Source of the DNA: Ruminococcaceae bacterium UBA7217
Lineage (GTDB): Bacteria; Bacillota; Clostridia; Oscillospirales; Acutalibacteraceae
Length of the DNA: 64,000 bases
Assembly: GCA_002490425.1 (NCBI GenBank)
Contig: DKTZ01000035.1
Location: 12,024-76,023, forward strand
Direction: 5' to 3'
The notes beneath the pieces were generated by a model, which saw nothing but the letters and a program-made list of their open reading frames with translations, searched no databases and had not been told where the DNA came from. The translations under genes were made by a program, and so were the position numbers. Of this stretch, positions 19,405 through 29,282 are shown piece by piece; position 1 is the stretch's first letter, and every line of letters starts with the position of its first letter.

Positions 19405-22400
19405 ATGTCCGGATTCTCATCATTAAGTGAAAAGTCCTCCGAATATTCCGCTGTTGTAAGATGCTTTCAAAAAGGCTTTTTACCGCAAGGAATTTTAGGA
19501 CTTTTGCCTGTGCAAAAAGCACAGATAATTTCATCACTCAACGAGAGCTTACAGCGAAAAGCTCTCGTTATTGTCCCTGACGAGTCTTCCGCCGCAAAGC
19601 TTTGCGACGACATAAGACCCTTCGGGGTTTCAGTGTTGCAATACCCCGCGCGAAGCTTTTCATTTTACGGTCAGGACGCACAGTCTCACGAATACGAACA
19701 AAAACGCATTAAAACCTTACGAGCAATGCTTGACGGCAAATTCCGGATAATTGTAGCCTCGGTTGAGGCTGCCGCAAGCTTTACAATTCCGCCCTGCGAA
19801 CTTCTCCAAAAGTCCGTCATTATTAAACGGGGCGAGGATATTCCTCTCGAGAAAATTCTTTCAGCTCTTGAAAATGCAGGATATACAAGAGTTGACGCCG
19901 TTGAGGGCGTCGGTCAGTATTCTTCACGTGGGGGAATTATTGACTTTTTCTCGCCCGACAGTGAAAGCCCTGTACGAATTGAGCTTTGGGGCGACACCGT
20001 TGACACAATGTGTCAGTTTGACATTGAAACTCAGCGCCGCACTGTCAGCATTGACGAAATTATAATTGCCCCGTCAAAGGAGATTATTGCAGACCCCGAA
20101 GAGCTTTCCGAAAAACTTGCAAAGCTTTCCTCAGCACAAAGAGGGAAAAAAGCCGAAAGTATCAAGAAAAACATTGAAACCGACATTGAAAGGCTTAAAA
20201 GCGGTCTCAACGTAAGCTCACCTGACAGATATTTACCCCTTGTTTACTCCCCTGCCACTGTTTTTGATTATCTCGGCTCTTCGGATGCGGTTTTTGTGTC
20301 CGAAACGGGTGCTGTAAAAGAAAAACTCACCTCCTACGATAAGCTACTGAATGAAGATGTCAAATCCTGCTTTGAGGACGGAATACTTTGCAAGGGTCTT
20401 GAAAAATTTGCATTAACAACTGCCGAGCTTTTTGGTATCTATGAAAAATACCCGACCGCATTTCTTGACAACTTTGCAAGGGGTAGCTTTGACGTGCCGA
20501 TTAAAAATCTTACAACCTTTTCGGCATCGTCTCTTCCTGTCTGGAACGGAAAATTAGATGTGCTGAAAGAGGATATTACACCGATTCTTTCTAAAGACGC
20601 AACCGTAACGGTGTTTGCAGGTACGGACAAGAGCGCAAGGGTACTTGCCGAAAATCTTAACGACGATAAAATCCCTGCTCTGTATTTTCCCGTAATTCCC
20701 GATACATTTCCGAAAGGCACTGTAACGGTGCTTCCCGGCTCGCTTTCTTCTGGCTTTGCCTACCCCTCACAAAAGCTCTATGTTTTCACATATTCCCGTG
20801 TATATACCTCAACAGTTAAAAGGCGCAACAAAAACTACAAGGCAAAGGATACAATCCATTCTCTTGACGAGCTTCACAAAGGGGATTACATTGTCCATTC
20901 CGTACACGGTATAGGCGTTTTTGAGGGAGTTACACAGCTCCAGAACGGAAAAATAATTAAGGATTACATTAAAATTAAATATGCCAAAAGCGATGTGCTG
21001 TATGTTCCCGTCACTCAGCTTGACCTTGTTTCAAAATATATCGGCCCTCACGAGGACGACGGCAAAGCAATAAAGCTGAACCGTCTCGGCGGCGGAGATT
21101 GGGAAAAAACCAAATCAAAGGTACGCTCCGCTGTAAAGGATATGGCAGACGAGCTTATAAAGCTATATTCAAAGCGAATGGAATCGCAGGGCTTTGCGTT
21201 TTCGCCCGATATTGATATGCAAAGTGATTTTGAAAGAAGATTTGAATATGAAGAAACGGGCGACCAATTAAGATGTATAGCCGAAATAAAGCGTGATATG
21301 GAAGAACCTCACCCTATGGACAGACTTTTGTGCGGAGATGTCGGCTTCGGCAAAACCGAGGTTGCACTGCGCGCCGTTTTCAAATGTATTGCAGACGGCA
21401 AGCAGTGTGCAATTCTTGTCCCTACAACAATACTTGCTCTTCAGCATTATCAGACTATTATGAAACGCTTTGACGGCTTCCCCGTTGAAGCTGAAATGCT
21501 GTCACGCTTCCGCACGAAAACACAGCAGGAAAAAATAATTAAGGGTATAAATTCAGGCTTTATTGATATAATAGTCGGCACACACCGTCTTATTTCAAAG
21601 GATATTAAGTTTAAGGATTTAGGTCTTTTGATTGTTGACGAGGAACAGCGTTTCGGAGTGGCTCAGAAAGAAAAGCTAAAAGAAAAATTCCCGAATGTTG
21701 ACGTACTGACTCTCTCCGCAACGCCTATACCCCGAACGCTTAATATGGCAATGTCGGGTATTCGTGATATGTCCGTTATTGAAGAAGCTCCGTCCGACCG
21801 TTTCCCTGTGCAAACTTATGTTCTTGAGCATAATTTACCTCTTTTGTGCGAAGCTATGGACAAGGAGCTTCGCCGAGGCGGTCAGGTTTACTATCTTCAC
21901 AACAACACGGAGGATATTGACCGCACTGCTAACAGCATAAAAGAATTTTTACCTGACGCAAAAATTGCTGTCGCTCACGGTAAAATGGACGAAGAAACGC
22001 TTTCGGGGCTTTGGCGTGACCTTATGGAAGGAAACATTGATATTCTTGTCTGCACAACAATAATTGAAACGGGCGTTGATGTGCCGAACTGCAACACACT
22101 TATTATTGAGGATGCAGACCGCTTAGGTCTTTCACAGCTTCACCAGATAAGGGGGCGTGTAGGCAGAAGTACAAGACGAGCATTTGCATATTTCACATAC
22201 AAAAAAGACAAAAATCTTACCGAGGTTGCATACAAGCGCTTGCAGGCAATCCGTGAATACACCGAATTTGGCTCAGGCTTTAAAATTGCAATGCGTGACC
22301 TTGAAATAAGGGGTGCTGGCAACCTTTTGGGCGCACAACAGCACGGGCACTTGGCATCTGTCGGGTACGATATGTATATGAAGCTTTTATCCGAGGCAAT

Positions 22401-22881
22401 CAAAGGCGAAAAGGGCGAAGAACCGAAGAATACAAAGGACTGCCTTATTGATCTTCAGATAAACGCACATATTCCCGACAAATACATCACTGCGCTCTCG
22501 GCAAGGCTTATGACATACCGAAGAATTGCAGATGTCAGAACTACGGAAGAGGCGGACGATGTGCGTGACGAGCTGCGTGACCGCTTCGGCGAGATTCCGC
22601 CGTCGGTAAACGGACTTATTGAGGTTTCGCTTTGCAGGAACAGAGCCGCTGAAATGGGCATTCACGAAATTGGCCAAAGAGGGAATACTCTCGCACTTTA
22701 CTGCGAAAGCATCGAGCCCGCTCTCGTGCTGGAAATTTCGTCAGTTCTGCGTGGGCGTATAAGCGTAACAGCTTCAGGCAAGCAGAGTATAAATGTTAAA
22801 ATGCTTCCAATGCAAAGTCCTCTTGAAACACTTACGGAAATTTTTGACGCGGCAAAGAGTTTTTCCGCCGATAAATTATAA
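19405..22881 (+). CDS. mfd: transcription-repair coupling factor
   Basis: 1158 aa with a CarD-like region (GDYIVHSVHGIG.F), a superfamily-2 helicase (GDVGFGKTEVA, DEEQRFGV, QLHQIRGRVGRS) and a TRCF C-terminal domain. Confidence 0.95.
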   Translation: MSGFSSLSEKSSEYSAVVRCFQKGFLPQGILGLLPVQKAQIISSLNESLQRKALVIVPDESSAAKLCDDIRPFGVSVLQYPARSFSFYGQDAQSHEYEQKRIKTLRAMLDGKFRIIVASVEAAASFTIPPCELLQKSVIIKRGEDIPLEKILSALENAGYTRVDAVEGVGQYSSRGGIIDFFSPDSESPVRIELWGDTVDTMCQFDIETQRRTVSIDEIIIAPSKEIIADPEELSEKLAKLSSAQRGKKAESIKKNIETDIERLKSGLNVSSPDRYLPLVYSPATVFDYLGSSDAVFVSETGAVKEKLTSYDKLLNEDVKSCFEDGILCKGLEKFALTTAELFGIYEKYPTAFLDNFARGSFDVPIKNLTTFSASSLPVWNGKLDVLKEDITPILSKDATVTVFAGTDKSARVLAENLNDDKIPALYFPVIPDTFPKGTVTVLPGSLSSGFAYPSQKLYVFTYSRVYTSTVKRRNKNYKAKDTIHSLDELHKGDYIVHSVHGIGVFEGVTQLQNGKIIKDYIKIKYAKSDVLYVPVTQLDLVSKYIGPHEDDGKAIKLNRLGGGDWEKTKSKVRSAVKDMADELIKLYSKRMESQGFAFSPDIDMQSDFERRFEYEETGDQLRCIAEIKRDMEEPHPMDRLLCGDVGFGKTEVALRAVFKCIADGKQCAILVPTTILALQHYQTIMKRFDGFPVEAEMLSRFRTKTQQEKIIKGINSGFIDIIVGTHRLISKDIKFKDLGLLIVDEEQRFGVAQKEKLKEKFPNVDVLTLSATPIPRTLNMAMSGIRDMSVIEEAPSDRFPVQTYVLEHNLPLLCEAMDKELRRGGQVYYLHNNTEDIDRTANSIKEFLPDAKIAVAHGKMDEETLSGLWRDLMEGNIDILVCTTIIETGVDVPNCNTLIIEDADRLGLSQLHQIRGRVGRSTRRAFAYFTYKKDKNLTEVAYKRLQAIREYTEFGSGFKIAMRDLEIRGAGNLLGAQQHGHLASVGYDMYMKLLSEAIKGEKGEEPKNTKDCLIDLQINAHIPDKYITALSARLMTYRRIADVRTTEEADDVRDELRDRFGEIPPSVNGLIEVSLCRNRAAEMGIHEIGQRGNTLALYCESIEPALVLEISSVLRGRISVTASGKQSINVKMLPMQSPLETLTEIFDAAKSFSADKL

Positions 22882-22949
22882 TTATTGTAATACAAGATAA
22901 AATGTGCTATATTATATAATAATATGGAAAAATAAAGGAGTGTTGAAAT

Positions 22950-24776
22950 ATGTTTTTAGTTTTAGGTGCCGTAATTTCGGTACTGTTCGGAATTGCAGAT
23001 GCTTTTCTGTTTACTCCCGAACGCAAGATTTTTGCAAAAATTAAAACAGTTATCTGTTATTTGCTTGAGGCAAACATCTTTGCAATGTCCATTGCAAAAT
23101 TCGTAATGAAGGTGCCTGATATTCTTCAGACTTCGCTTCACTCTTCCGGCTATAAATTCAAATATGCCGCTTTAGTGCTTGCAGTCAGCCTTATAATATT
23201 TGTTTTAAGAGGTTTTATTCTAAATGCATTGTCACTTCAAAAGTCCGAGCCCAAAAACAAGAAAAAGGCAAAAGCAGTAAAAATTGTTTCTATAATTCTG
23301 TTTTCACTCGGCACAATAGCTTACTTTGCTTCAGTTTGGGGTATGGAAGCATTCGGTAATCTTTCTCCCGACCAAATTCTTATTAACATCACCTCACCCG
23401 TTGCAGGTAATGAAGTAGGTGTTTACTATTCGGTATTTGAAGGGCCTGTATTAAAAGCCGCATTTGCAATATCTGTTTTTTCTTTACTTGTATTCTTCCC
23501 GTATAATATAATTTTTACTTTCAAAGAAAAAAGCCAAACAATTCTTTCGGAATTTTCTTTAAGAATTATCTCCCTTTTAATTGCAATTTCGGTAATTATC
23601 GGCGGATGTGCCTTCGGCATTACAAAGTTCCAATTGCAAGACCTTGTTTCTGCATATTTCTTTGATTCCGAATTTATTGAGGACAATTACGTTGCTCCCG
23701 CCGACGCCGGTCTTAAATTTCCTGAGAAAAAACGTAATTTAATAATGTTTTACCTTGAATCAATGGAAAATACTTTCCTTTCTAAGGATTTAGGCGGCTA
23801 TATGAACGAAAACCTTATTCCCGAGCTTACTGAGCTTGCAAACGAGGGTTATGTTTTCTCTCATACCGACAATAAACTCGGCGGATTTTTACCGTCAACG
23901 GGTGCAGGTTGGTCAGTAGCTTCTATGGTCAATATGGGCTTCGGCGTTCCGATGAAGGTTCCGACAGACGGCAACTCTTACGGTACAGAGGGCAACTTCC
24001 TCCCCGGCGGCACATCGTTAGGCGATATTTTACACGAGCAAGGGTATGAGCAAACTTTAATGTTCGGCGCAGACGCAGCCTTCGGCGGTGTTGACCATTA
24101 CTTTAATCTCCACGGCGAATTTAATATTATTGACTACAAAGCCGCTAAAGAAAAAGGCTTAATTCCTGACGACTACTATGTTTGGTGGGGTTATGAGGAC
24201 GACAAGCTCTATGAATTCGCAAAGGATGAGCTGACACGTCTTTCCGAAACCGGCAAGCCCTTCCATTTTGTTATGGAAACAGCCGACACTCACGCTCCCG
24301 AAGGATATTTAAGTCCAAATGCTGAAAAGAAATTCCCTGACCAATATTCAAACACTATTTATTACAGTCAGGCGGAAGCAGTTAAATTTGTCCGTTGGAT
24401 TCAGGCTCAGCCATTCTATGAAAATACTACAATCGTTATCATCGGAGACCATTTAACTATGGCTTCGTGTATTTCGGAAACAGTTAAGGATTATCAAAGA
24501 ACCTGCTTCAACCTTATTCTTAACCCTGCCGAGGATTTGAGAAATCTTCCCGAAAACCGCTTCAGAAACCGTCAATGGGCGTCATTTGATATGTTCCCGA
24601 CAATGCTTGCAGGGTTAGGTGTCCAGATACCTGACAATCACTTAGGCATAGGCACAAATCTTTTCTCAGGCGAAAAGACTCTGTTTGAAAAATACGGTGT
24701 AAGTGAAGTAAACGACAAGCTTACTCAAAAGAGCAATTTCTACAACGAAAACATTCTTATAAATCCAAATAAATAA
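22950..24776 (+). CDS. LTA-synthase / sulfatase-family phosphoglycerol transferase-like membrane protein
   Basis: About 5 N-terminal TM helices, then an extracellular sulfatase-type domain (YLESMENTF, ETADTHAPEGY, IIGDH). Confidence 0.7.
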   Translation: MFLVLGAVISVLFGIADAFLFTPERKIFAKIKTVICYLLEANIFAMSIAKFVMKVPDILQTSLHSSGYKFKYAALVLAVSLIIFVLRGFILNALSLQKSEPKNKKKAKAVKIVSIILFSLGTIAYFASVWGMEAFGNLSPDQILINITSPVAGNEVGVYYSVFEGPVLKAAFAISVFSLLVFFPYNIIFTFKEKSQTILSEFSLRIISLLIAISVIIGGCAFGITKFQLQDLVSAYFFDSEFIEDNYVAPADAGLKFPEKKRNLIMFYLESMENTFLSKDLGGYMNENLIPELTELANEGYVFSHTDNKLGGFLPSTGAGWSVASMVNMGFGVPMKVPTDGNSYGTEGNFLPGGTSLGDILHEQGYEQTLMFGADAAFGGVDHYFNLHGEFNIIDYKAAKEKGLIPDDYYVWWGYEDDKLYEFAKDELTRLSETGKPFHFVMETADTHAPEGYLSPNAEKKFPDQYSNTIYYSQAEAVKFVRWIQAQPFYENTTIVIIGDHLTMASCISETVKDYQRTCFNLILNPAEDLRNLPENRFRNRQWASFDMFPTMLAGLGVQIPDNHLGIGTNLFSGEKTLFEKYGVSEVNDKLTQKSNFYNENILINPNK

Positions 24777-24832
24777 GTAAATTGCTTCTGTAATATCCTG
24801 CGGAGCATATATTTACAAAGTAATATAAAAAA

Positions 24833-24865
24833 GTACCGTCAGGATATAATAAGTCCTGACAGTAC
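24833..24865 (+). terminator. hairpin downstream of the LtaS-like gene (weak terminator, no U-tract)
   Basis: GTACCGTCAGGA pairs with TCCTGACAGTAC with one mismatch. No T-run follows on the plus strand. Confidence 0.3.
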
Positions 24866-24885
24866 GGCAAAACAGGAGGATACTA

Positions 24886-26217
24886 ATGAGTAAAACGGAA
24901 ATAAAAATCAAAAAACGCAAGAGTAAAACTGCGCTTAAGGTTTTGGGAATAATTGCTGCGGTTATTGCAGTTTTATCCTGCATAGGCATAATTGCAACTG
25001 CTGTTTCAAGCAAAGCAAATATGCAGTTGGCTTCGTCCTTCTCTAAGGTTGAAAATGAAGACCGAATAGTCCCCGTTTACAAAGACGGATATTGGACATT
25101 TACAACTGACAGAGATTTAAAAATTGTTCAGCTTACAGATGTACATATAGGCGGCGGCTGGATGTCGGCTGAAAAAGACTCCTTAGCTATTAACGCAGCA
25201 GCTTCAATGGTAACGGCTGAAAAGCCCGACCTTGTAATTGTAACGGGCGATATTTCTTTTCCCGTTCCCTTTCAGGCAGGAACTCTCAACAATAAAAATG
25301 CCGCTAAAATATTTGCCGCTCTTATGGAGTCGTTAGAGGTTTATTGGGTACCCGTTTACGGTAACCATGACACTGAAGCCTACAGCCTTTATTCCCGTGA
25401 GCAGCTTTCTGAATTTTACGGAAGCGACGATTTAAAATACTGCCTGTTCCAAACAGGCGACGAAAATGTTGACGGCTACGGAAACAGTGCAATCCTTGTA
25501 AAGAACAGCAAAGATGTTATTACTCAGTCACTTTTCCTTTTTGATTCGCATTCTTACACAGACGGTGACTCTTTCGGCATATTCTGGAAATATGACAATA
25601 TCCACGAAAACCAAATTGAATGGTACAAAAAGCTTGTAGGCGAATTTAATGCTCAAAATGCCGAGGCTATTGAAAAGGGATATGACACAGAAGAGGAAAA
25701 AAATGAGGCAATAAAAAATTTCGGAACTGTACCATCCCTCGCTTTTTACCATATTCCGTCCGAAGAATATATGACGGCATGGAAAGAGTACTGTGCCAAC
25801 GGCAGAAAAGACACGGAAAACGTTAAATTGCTTTACGGCACGGCGGGTGAAAGCGGCAAAGTAATCTGCATAGGAATTCACCCTGACAATCTGTTTGAAA
25901 CTATGCAGGAATTAGGCTCAACAAAGGGTATTTTCTGCGGTCATGACCATTTGAACACATTTTCTCTTGATTACAAGGGAATAAGACTTACATACGGCTA
26001 CAGCATTGACTATCTTGCATATTCAGGTATAAGCAAAATAGGCACTCAAAGAGGTTGCACTATTATTACCGTTTCACCCGACGGCTCGTTTACAAATGAA
26101 GGTTCGAGCTATTATCAGGATAAATATCAGATTCTGTCTGGCGGAACAAAGGAAAGCGTAACTATGCAGGACCTTGATAAAGAGGCAAATCCGGACGACC
26201 TGATTTTCAAAAAATAG
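24886..26217 (+). CDS. membrane-anchored calcineurin-like metallophosphoesterase
   Basis: N-terminal TM helix, then DVHIGG, GDISFP, GNHD and GHDH metallophosphatase motifs. Confidence 0.75.
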   Translation: MSKTEIKIKKRKSKTALKVLGIIAAVIAVLSCIGIIATAVSSKANMQLASSFSKVENEDRIVPVYKDGYWTFTTDRDLKIVQLTDVHIGGGWMSAEKDSLAINAAASMVTAEKPDLVIVTGDISFPVPFQAGTLNNKNAAKIFAALMESLEVYWVPVYGNHDTEAYSLYSREQLSEFYGSDDLKYCLFQTGDENVDGYGNSAILVKNSKDVITQSLFLFDSHSYTDGDSFGIFWKYDNIHENQIEWYKKLVGEFNAQNAEAIEKGYDTEEEKNEAIKNFGTVPSLAFYHIPSEEYMTAWKEYCANGRKDTENVKLLYGTAGESGKVICIGIHPDNLFETMQELGSTKGIFCGHDHLNTFSLDYKGIRLTYGYSIDYLAYSGISKIGTQRGCTIITVSPDGSFTNEGSSYYQDKYQILSGGTKESVTMQDLDKEANPDDLIFKK

Positions 26218-26250
26218 AATATCAGCAAAAGTTATATCGGCAAACTAAAA

Positions 26251-26275
26251 AGAGGGCGAGAAGCCCTCTTTTTTA
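26251..26275 (+). terminator. intrinsic terminator
   Basis: AGAGGGC-GAGAA-GCCCTCT followed by TTTTTT. Confidence 0.7.
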
Positions 26276-26280
26276 GTTTA

Positions 26281-26514
26281 TGTGATGAATTTACAGCAGT
26301 AACCTGTAGGTGCAGGTTTCCAAGCCTGCCCGATGACAGATCGATTAGTATTTCGGTTTATTTATAATCGTATAGGTCGTCTACATCTACAATCTTGTAG
26401 GGTACGCCGACTCGGCGTACCGTGGGGAATGGCTTGCAAATTCAAGATTATACTCGTGATGATGTGGCAGCGTCCCCTATTACTACAACACATCATCCAA
26501 TGCCAAAGTATTCA
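26281..26514. repeat. cluster of GC-rich hairpin (REP-like) elements
   Basis: GTAGGTGCAGGTTTCCAAGCCTGCCC (26306-26331), GTAG+GGTACGCCGACTCGGCGTACC (26397-26421), CTACAA-TC-TTGTAG (about 26385-26398), and GATGATGTG...CACATCATC (26458-26497). The track ORF at 26333-26608 here is not credible as coding. Confidence 0.6.
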
Positions 26515-27138
26515 TTACCTACGAATTTTAATAAGCAGTGCTTTGCCTTTTTTAACCGTTATTTCGGCTGTTTTTCCGGGTAGCGGCTCATTGCTTATTC
26601 CGTACTGATATTCGCAGTTGATTTTTGCATTTTCAAGCGGAAATTTTGCGTTTTTCTCAGTTATTTCCTCAGCCTCGCCAGTAATATTCAAAAGAGAAAA
26701 ATATGAATATGAATTGTCAACGAATACTGTTTCGTTTGACACGATCTGCATTTCGGAAAAATCGTCTATCATCTCTGCCTTTTTTCCAAGCGAAAACAGA
26801 TAAAGCAAAACGGAAACATTGCCGAGCGTGTGGTCAAGCCGTCCGCCGACAGTTCCTATTAAAATAAACTCATCAAAGCCACGTTTTACAGCTTCCTTTG
26901 CAGCAAAAAAAGTGTCGGTATCATCTTTTTCACAGGGCAAAACTATTGTTTCAATGTTCAAATTAGGATTTTCGTGCGAATCAAAATCCCCTACTATTAA
27001 GTTCGGTTCAACGCCGAGCTTTTCTCTGTGACGAATTCCGCAATCGCAAAAAATAAAGTAATCGTCTTTGCTGATTTTTCGGCAGACAGCGTCAAAATTT
27101 TCTATATCCGCTCCGCCAACTATTACACATCTTTTCAT
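26515..27138 (-). CDS. thiN: thiamine diphosphokinase
   Basis: MKRCVIVGGADI..., VGDFDS, DDTD, GGRLDHTLGN. The start is the ATG at 27138, after AGGTGA. Confidence 0.85.
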   Translation of the reverse strand: MKRCVIVGGADIENFDAVCRKISKDDYFIFCDCGIRHREKLGVEPNLIVGDFDSHENPNLNIETIVLPCEKDDTDTFFAAKEAVKRGFDEFILIGTVGGRLDHTLGNVSVLLYLFSLGKKAEMIDDFSEMQIVSNETVFVDNSYSYFSLLNITGEAEEITEKNAKFPLENAKINCEYQYGISNEPLPGKTAEITVKKGKALLIKIRR

Positions 27139-27142
27139 TTTG

Positions 27143-27865
27143 TCACCTGTAAACCTTAAGCTCCATAACGGCTCTGTCTTTTTTCGTTCTTCGCAGTTCC
27201 TGCACAACGGCAAACCTACCGAACCCCCTGACGGACACGCTGTCACCGTCCGAAACGGTATAAGATGCGCTTTTCAAGCTCCCGTTCACAAAAACCTTTT
27301 CCTTAGAAAAAAGCTCCGCCGCACTTTTTCGTGAAAGTCCGAAAACCGCCGCTGTTAAAACATCAAGCCGCCGTGACGAAACGATAAAATTCGCTGATTC
27401 GGGTTCGGGAACAGCAAAAATGGGTAATTCGCCGCATTTTTCTGTCTTTACCGTGGTGTGCTTAACCTCATTTAAGTTTTCGGTAATATAGTCCGCAATA
27501 CTGTCAAGACAAAACATACAACCGCAGTTTTCATTTATAATAATGTCGCCTATAACATCTCTTTTTATTCCGAGACCGAGAACTGCTCCCAAAAAATCTC
27601 TGTGTGAAAGCTCGTCCGCAAATTTTTGGTTGACGGGTTTAACAGTGATAACGGAAATCGGAAAATCCTCATTTTCACATTCACCGAATGCGGCTACAAC
27701 TCTTTCCGCACCCGAAAATCCGCCCCAAAAATGCGGAGCGGGAAAAATGTGCATCGCTTTAAGCTCCGAAACAGACGACATCCCGAGGAAATCGGAAAAT
27801 ACAGTCCTTCCGCTGTTTTCAGCTCGGCGCATTAAATCAGCAAAATGCTTCGTTTCAATACTCAT
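27143..27865 (-). CDS. YlmH-like RNA-binding protein with C-terminal S4 domain
   Basis: YlmH-type N-terminus (F.DFL...E) and a C-terminal S4 motif (RLDVLTAAVFGLSRKSAAELFSKEKVFVNG). Confidence 0.7.
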   Translation of the reverse strand: MSIETKHFADLMRRAENSGRTVFSDFLGMSSVSELKAMHIFPAPHFWGGFSGAERVVAAFGECENEDFPISVITVKPVNQKFADELSHRDFLGAVLGLGIKRDVIGDIIINENCGCMFCLDSIADYITENLNEVKHTTVKTEKCGELPIFAVPEPESANFIVSSRRLDVLTAAVFGLSRKSAAELFSKEKVFVNGSLKSASYTVSDGDSVSVRGFGRFAVVQELRRTKKDRAVMELKVYR

Positions 27866-27965
27866 AAATTACTCTTTTCTGCAAATACAGACATAAATCG
27901 ACTTGATATTCTGCCATATTATTGCTATACTGTAATTAATTTCTAAAAGTTTGGAGGCTTATTAA

Positions 27966-29171
27966 ATGAAAAATAATCTAAAAAAGCTGCCAAAATTACT
28001 ATCTGTTATAATTTTAGTTGCTGCCGTTGGATTAACAATATTCGGCAGTAGCTTTAAGGCAGGTATTAAGAACAGCCCTGTAAATAATTCACAAAGCGAT
28101 TCTGCCTCCACTGAACCTGCCTCGGCGACCGAAGCAGTCGAACTACCTGATGCCAAGGTCAACATCATAGCCGTCGGCGATGATTTGCTTCATTTAAGCC
28201 TTATTGAATCAATGGCTAAAGATGCGGACGGTCATTATGACTTTCATCAGATTTTTTCGGAAGTTAAGGAAGATATAAAACAAGCTGACATTGCTGTAAT
28301 CAATCAGGAAACTATTCTCGGCGGCGAAGAGCTTGGACTGAGCGGTTACCCATGCTTCAACTCTCCGTGGTCTGCGGGAGACGCACTGGTGGACACCGGC
28401 TTTGACGTAGTTCTCGGAGCAAGCAACCACGCGCTCGATAAAGGTAAGCAAGGAGTGCTTAACACCGTTAATTTTTGGAAAACAAAGCATCCCGAAATCA
28501 CCCTGTTAGGTCTTAACGACAGCGAAGAAATGCAAGATAAAATTAACATTGTTGAGAAAAACGGGATTAAATTCGCTATGCTCAACTACACATACGGCAC
28601 CAACGGTATTCCCATGCCAAAGGACACGCCTTATGCTGTAAATATGCTTGACGACAAGGAAAAAGTTCTGTCAGATATAAAAAGAGCAAAAGAAAGTGCC
28701 GATGTTGTAATAGTATTTCCCCATTGGGGTGCCGAGTACACCTATTCGCCGAATGCGTATCAGGATGAGTGGACTGAAATCTTTTACGATAACGGTGTAG
28801 ATATTATAATAGGCGGACACACCCATTCAATTCAGCCGCTCGAAATGTACAGTAAAGACGGAGGACGCAAAATGCCTGTTTTTTACAGCCTCGGTAATTT
28901 TGTTTCGGGGCAAAAGGAATGGCAGACCATGCTCGGCTCGATGGCAAAGCTCACCGTTGAACGCAAAAACGGTCAGATTGAAATAACATCGGCCTCAGCA
29001 GTTCCCGTTGTAACGCATTATGAGATTTATTGGAACCGTGACCCGTCTCTTAAAACCTACAAGCTCTGTGATTATACGGAAGAGCTCGCAAGCAAGCATT
29101 ATTTACATATGAGCAAAAAACAGCTTGAGGACTTGGCAAAAGAGGTCTATGGCGAGTATTTGGAATATTAA
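27966..29171 (+). CDS. CapA-family (PGA_cap) metallophosphatase-like protein, membrane anchored
   Basis: IIAVGDDLLH, GASNHALDKG, FPHWGAEY and IIGGHTHSIQP motifs. Confidence 0.75.
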   Translation: MKNNLKKLPKLLSVIILVAAVGLTIFGSSFKAGIKNSPVNNSQSDSASTEPASATEAVELPDAKVNIIAVGDDLLHLSLIESMAKDADGHYDFHQIFSEVKEDIKQADIAVINQETILGGEELGLSGYPCFNSPWSAGDALVDTGFDVVLGASNHALDKGKQGVLNTVNFWKTKHPEITLLGLNDSEEMQDKINIVEKNGIKFAMLNYTYGTNGIPMPKDTPYAVNMLDDKEKVLSDIKRAKESADVVIVFPHWGAEYTYSPNAYQDEWTEIFYDNGVDIIIGGHTHSIQPLEMYSKDGGRKMPVFYSLGNFVSGQKEWQTMLGSMAKLTVERKNGQIEITSASAVPVVTHYEIYWNRDPSLKTYKLCDYTEELASKHYLHMSKKQLEDLAKEVYGEYLEY

Positions 29172-29252
29172 CGCTCTGAAAATATTATTTTTGAGCAGAA
29201 GATTAAAATTATGGGAAACACCCGGCGATGGATATTGCCACTCAAAAACAGT

Positions 29253-29282
29253 CAGCGAGAGATTCAACTCTCGCTGTTTTTT
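29253..29282. terminator. bidirectional terminator between the capA-like gene (+) and potD (-)
   Basis: CAGCGAGAG-ATTCAA-CTCTCGCTG flanked by an A-run and a T-run. Confidence 0.6.

Noticed and set aside
27966-29171. The CapA-like gene as evidence for a poly-gamma-glutamate capsule locus.
   Set aside because: No capB/capC (pgsB/pgsC) genes are adjacent, and stand-alone CapA-family metallophosphatases are common.
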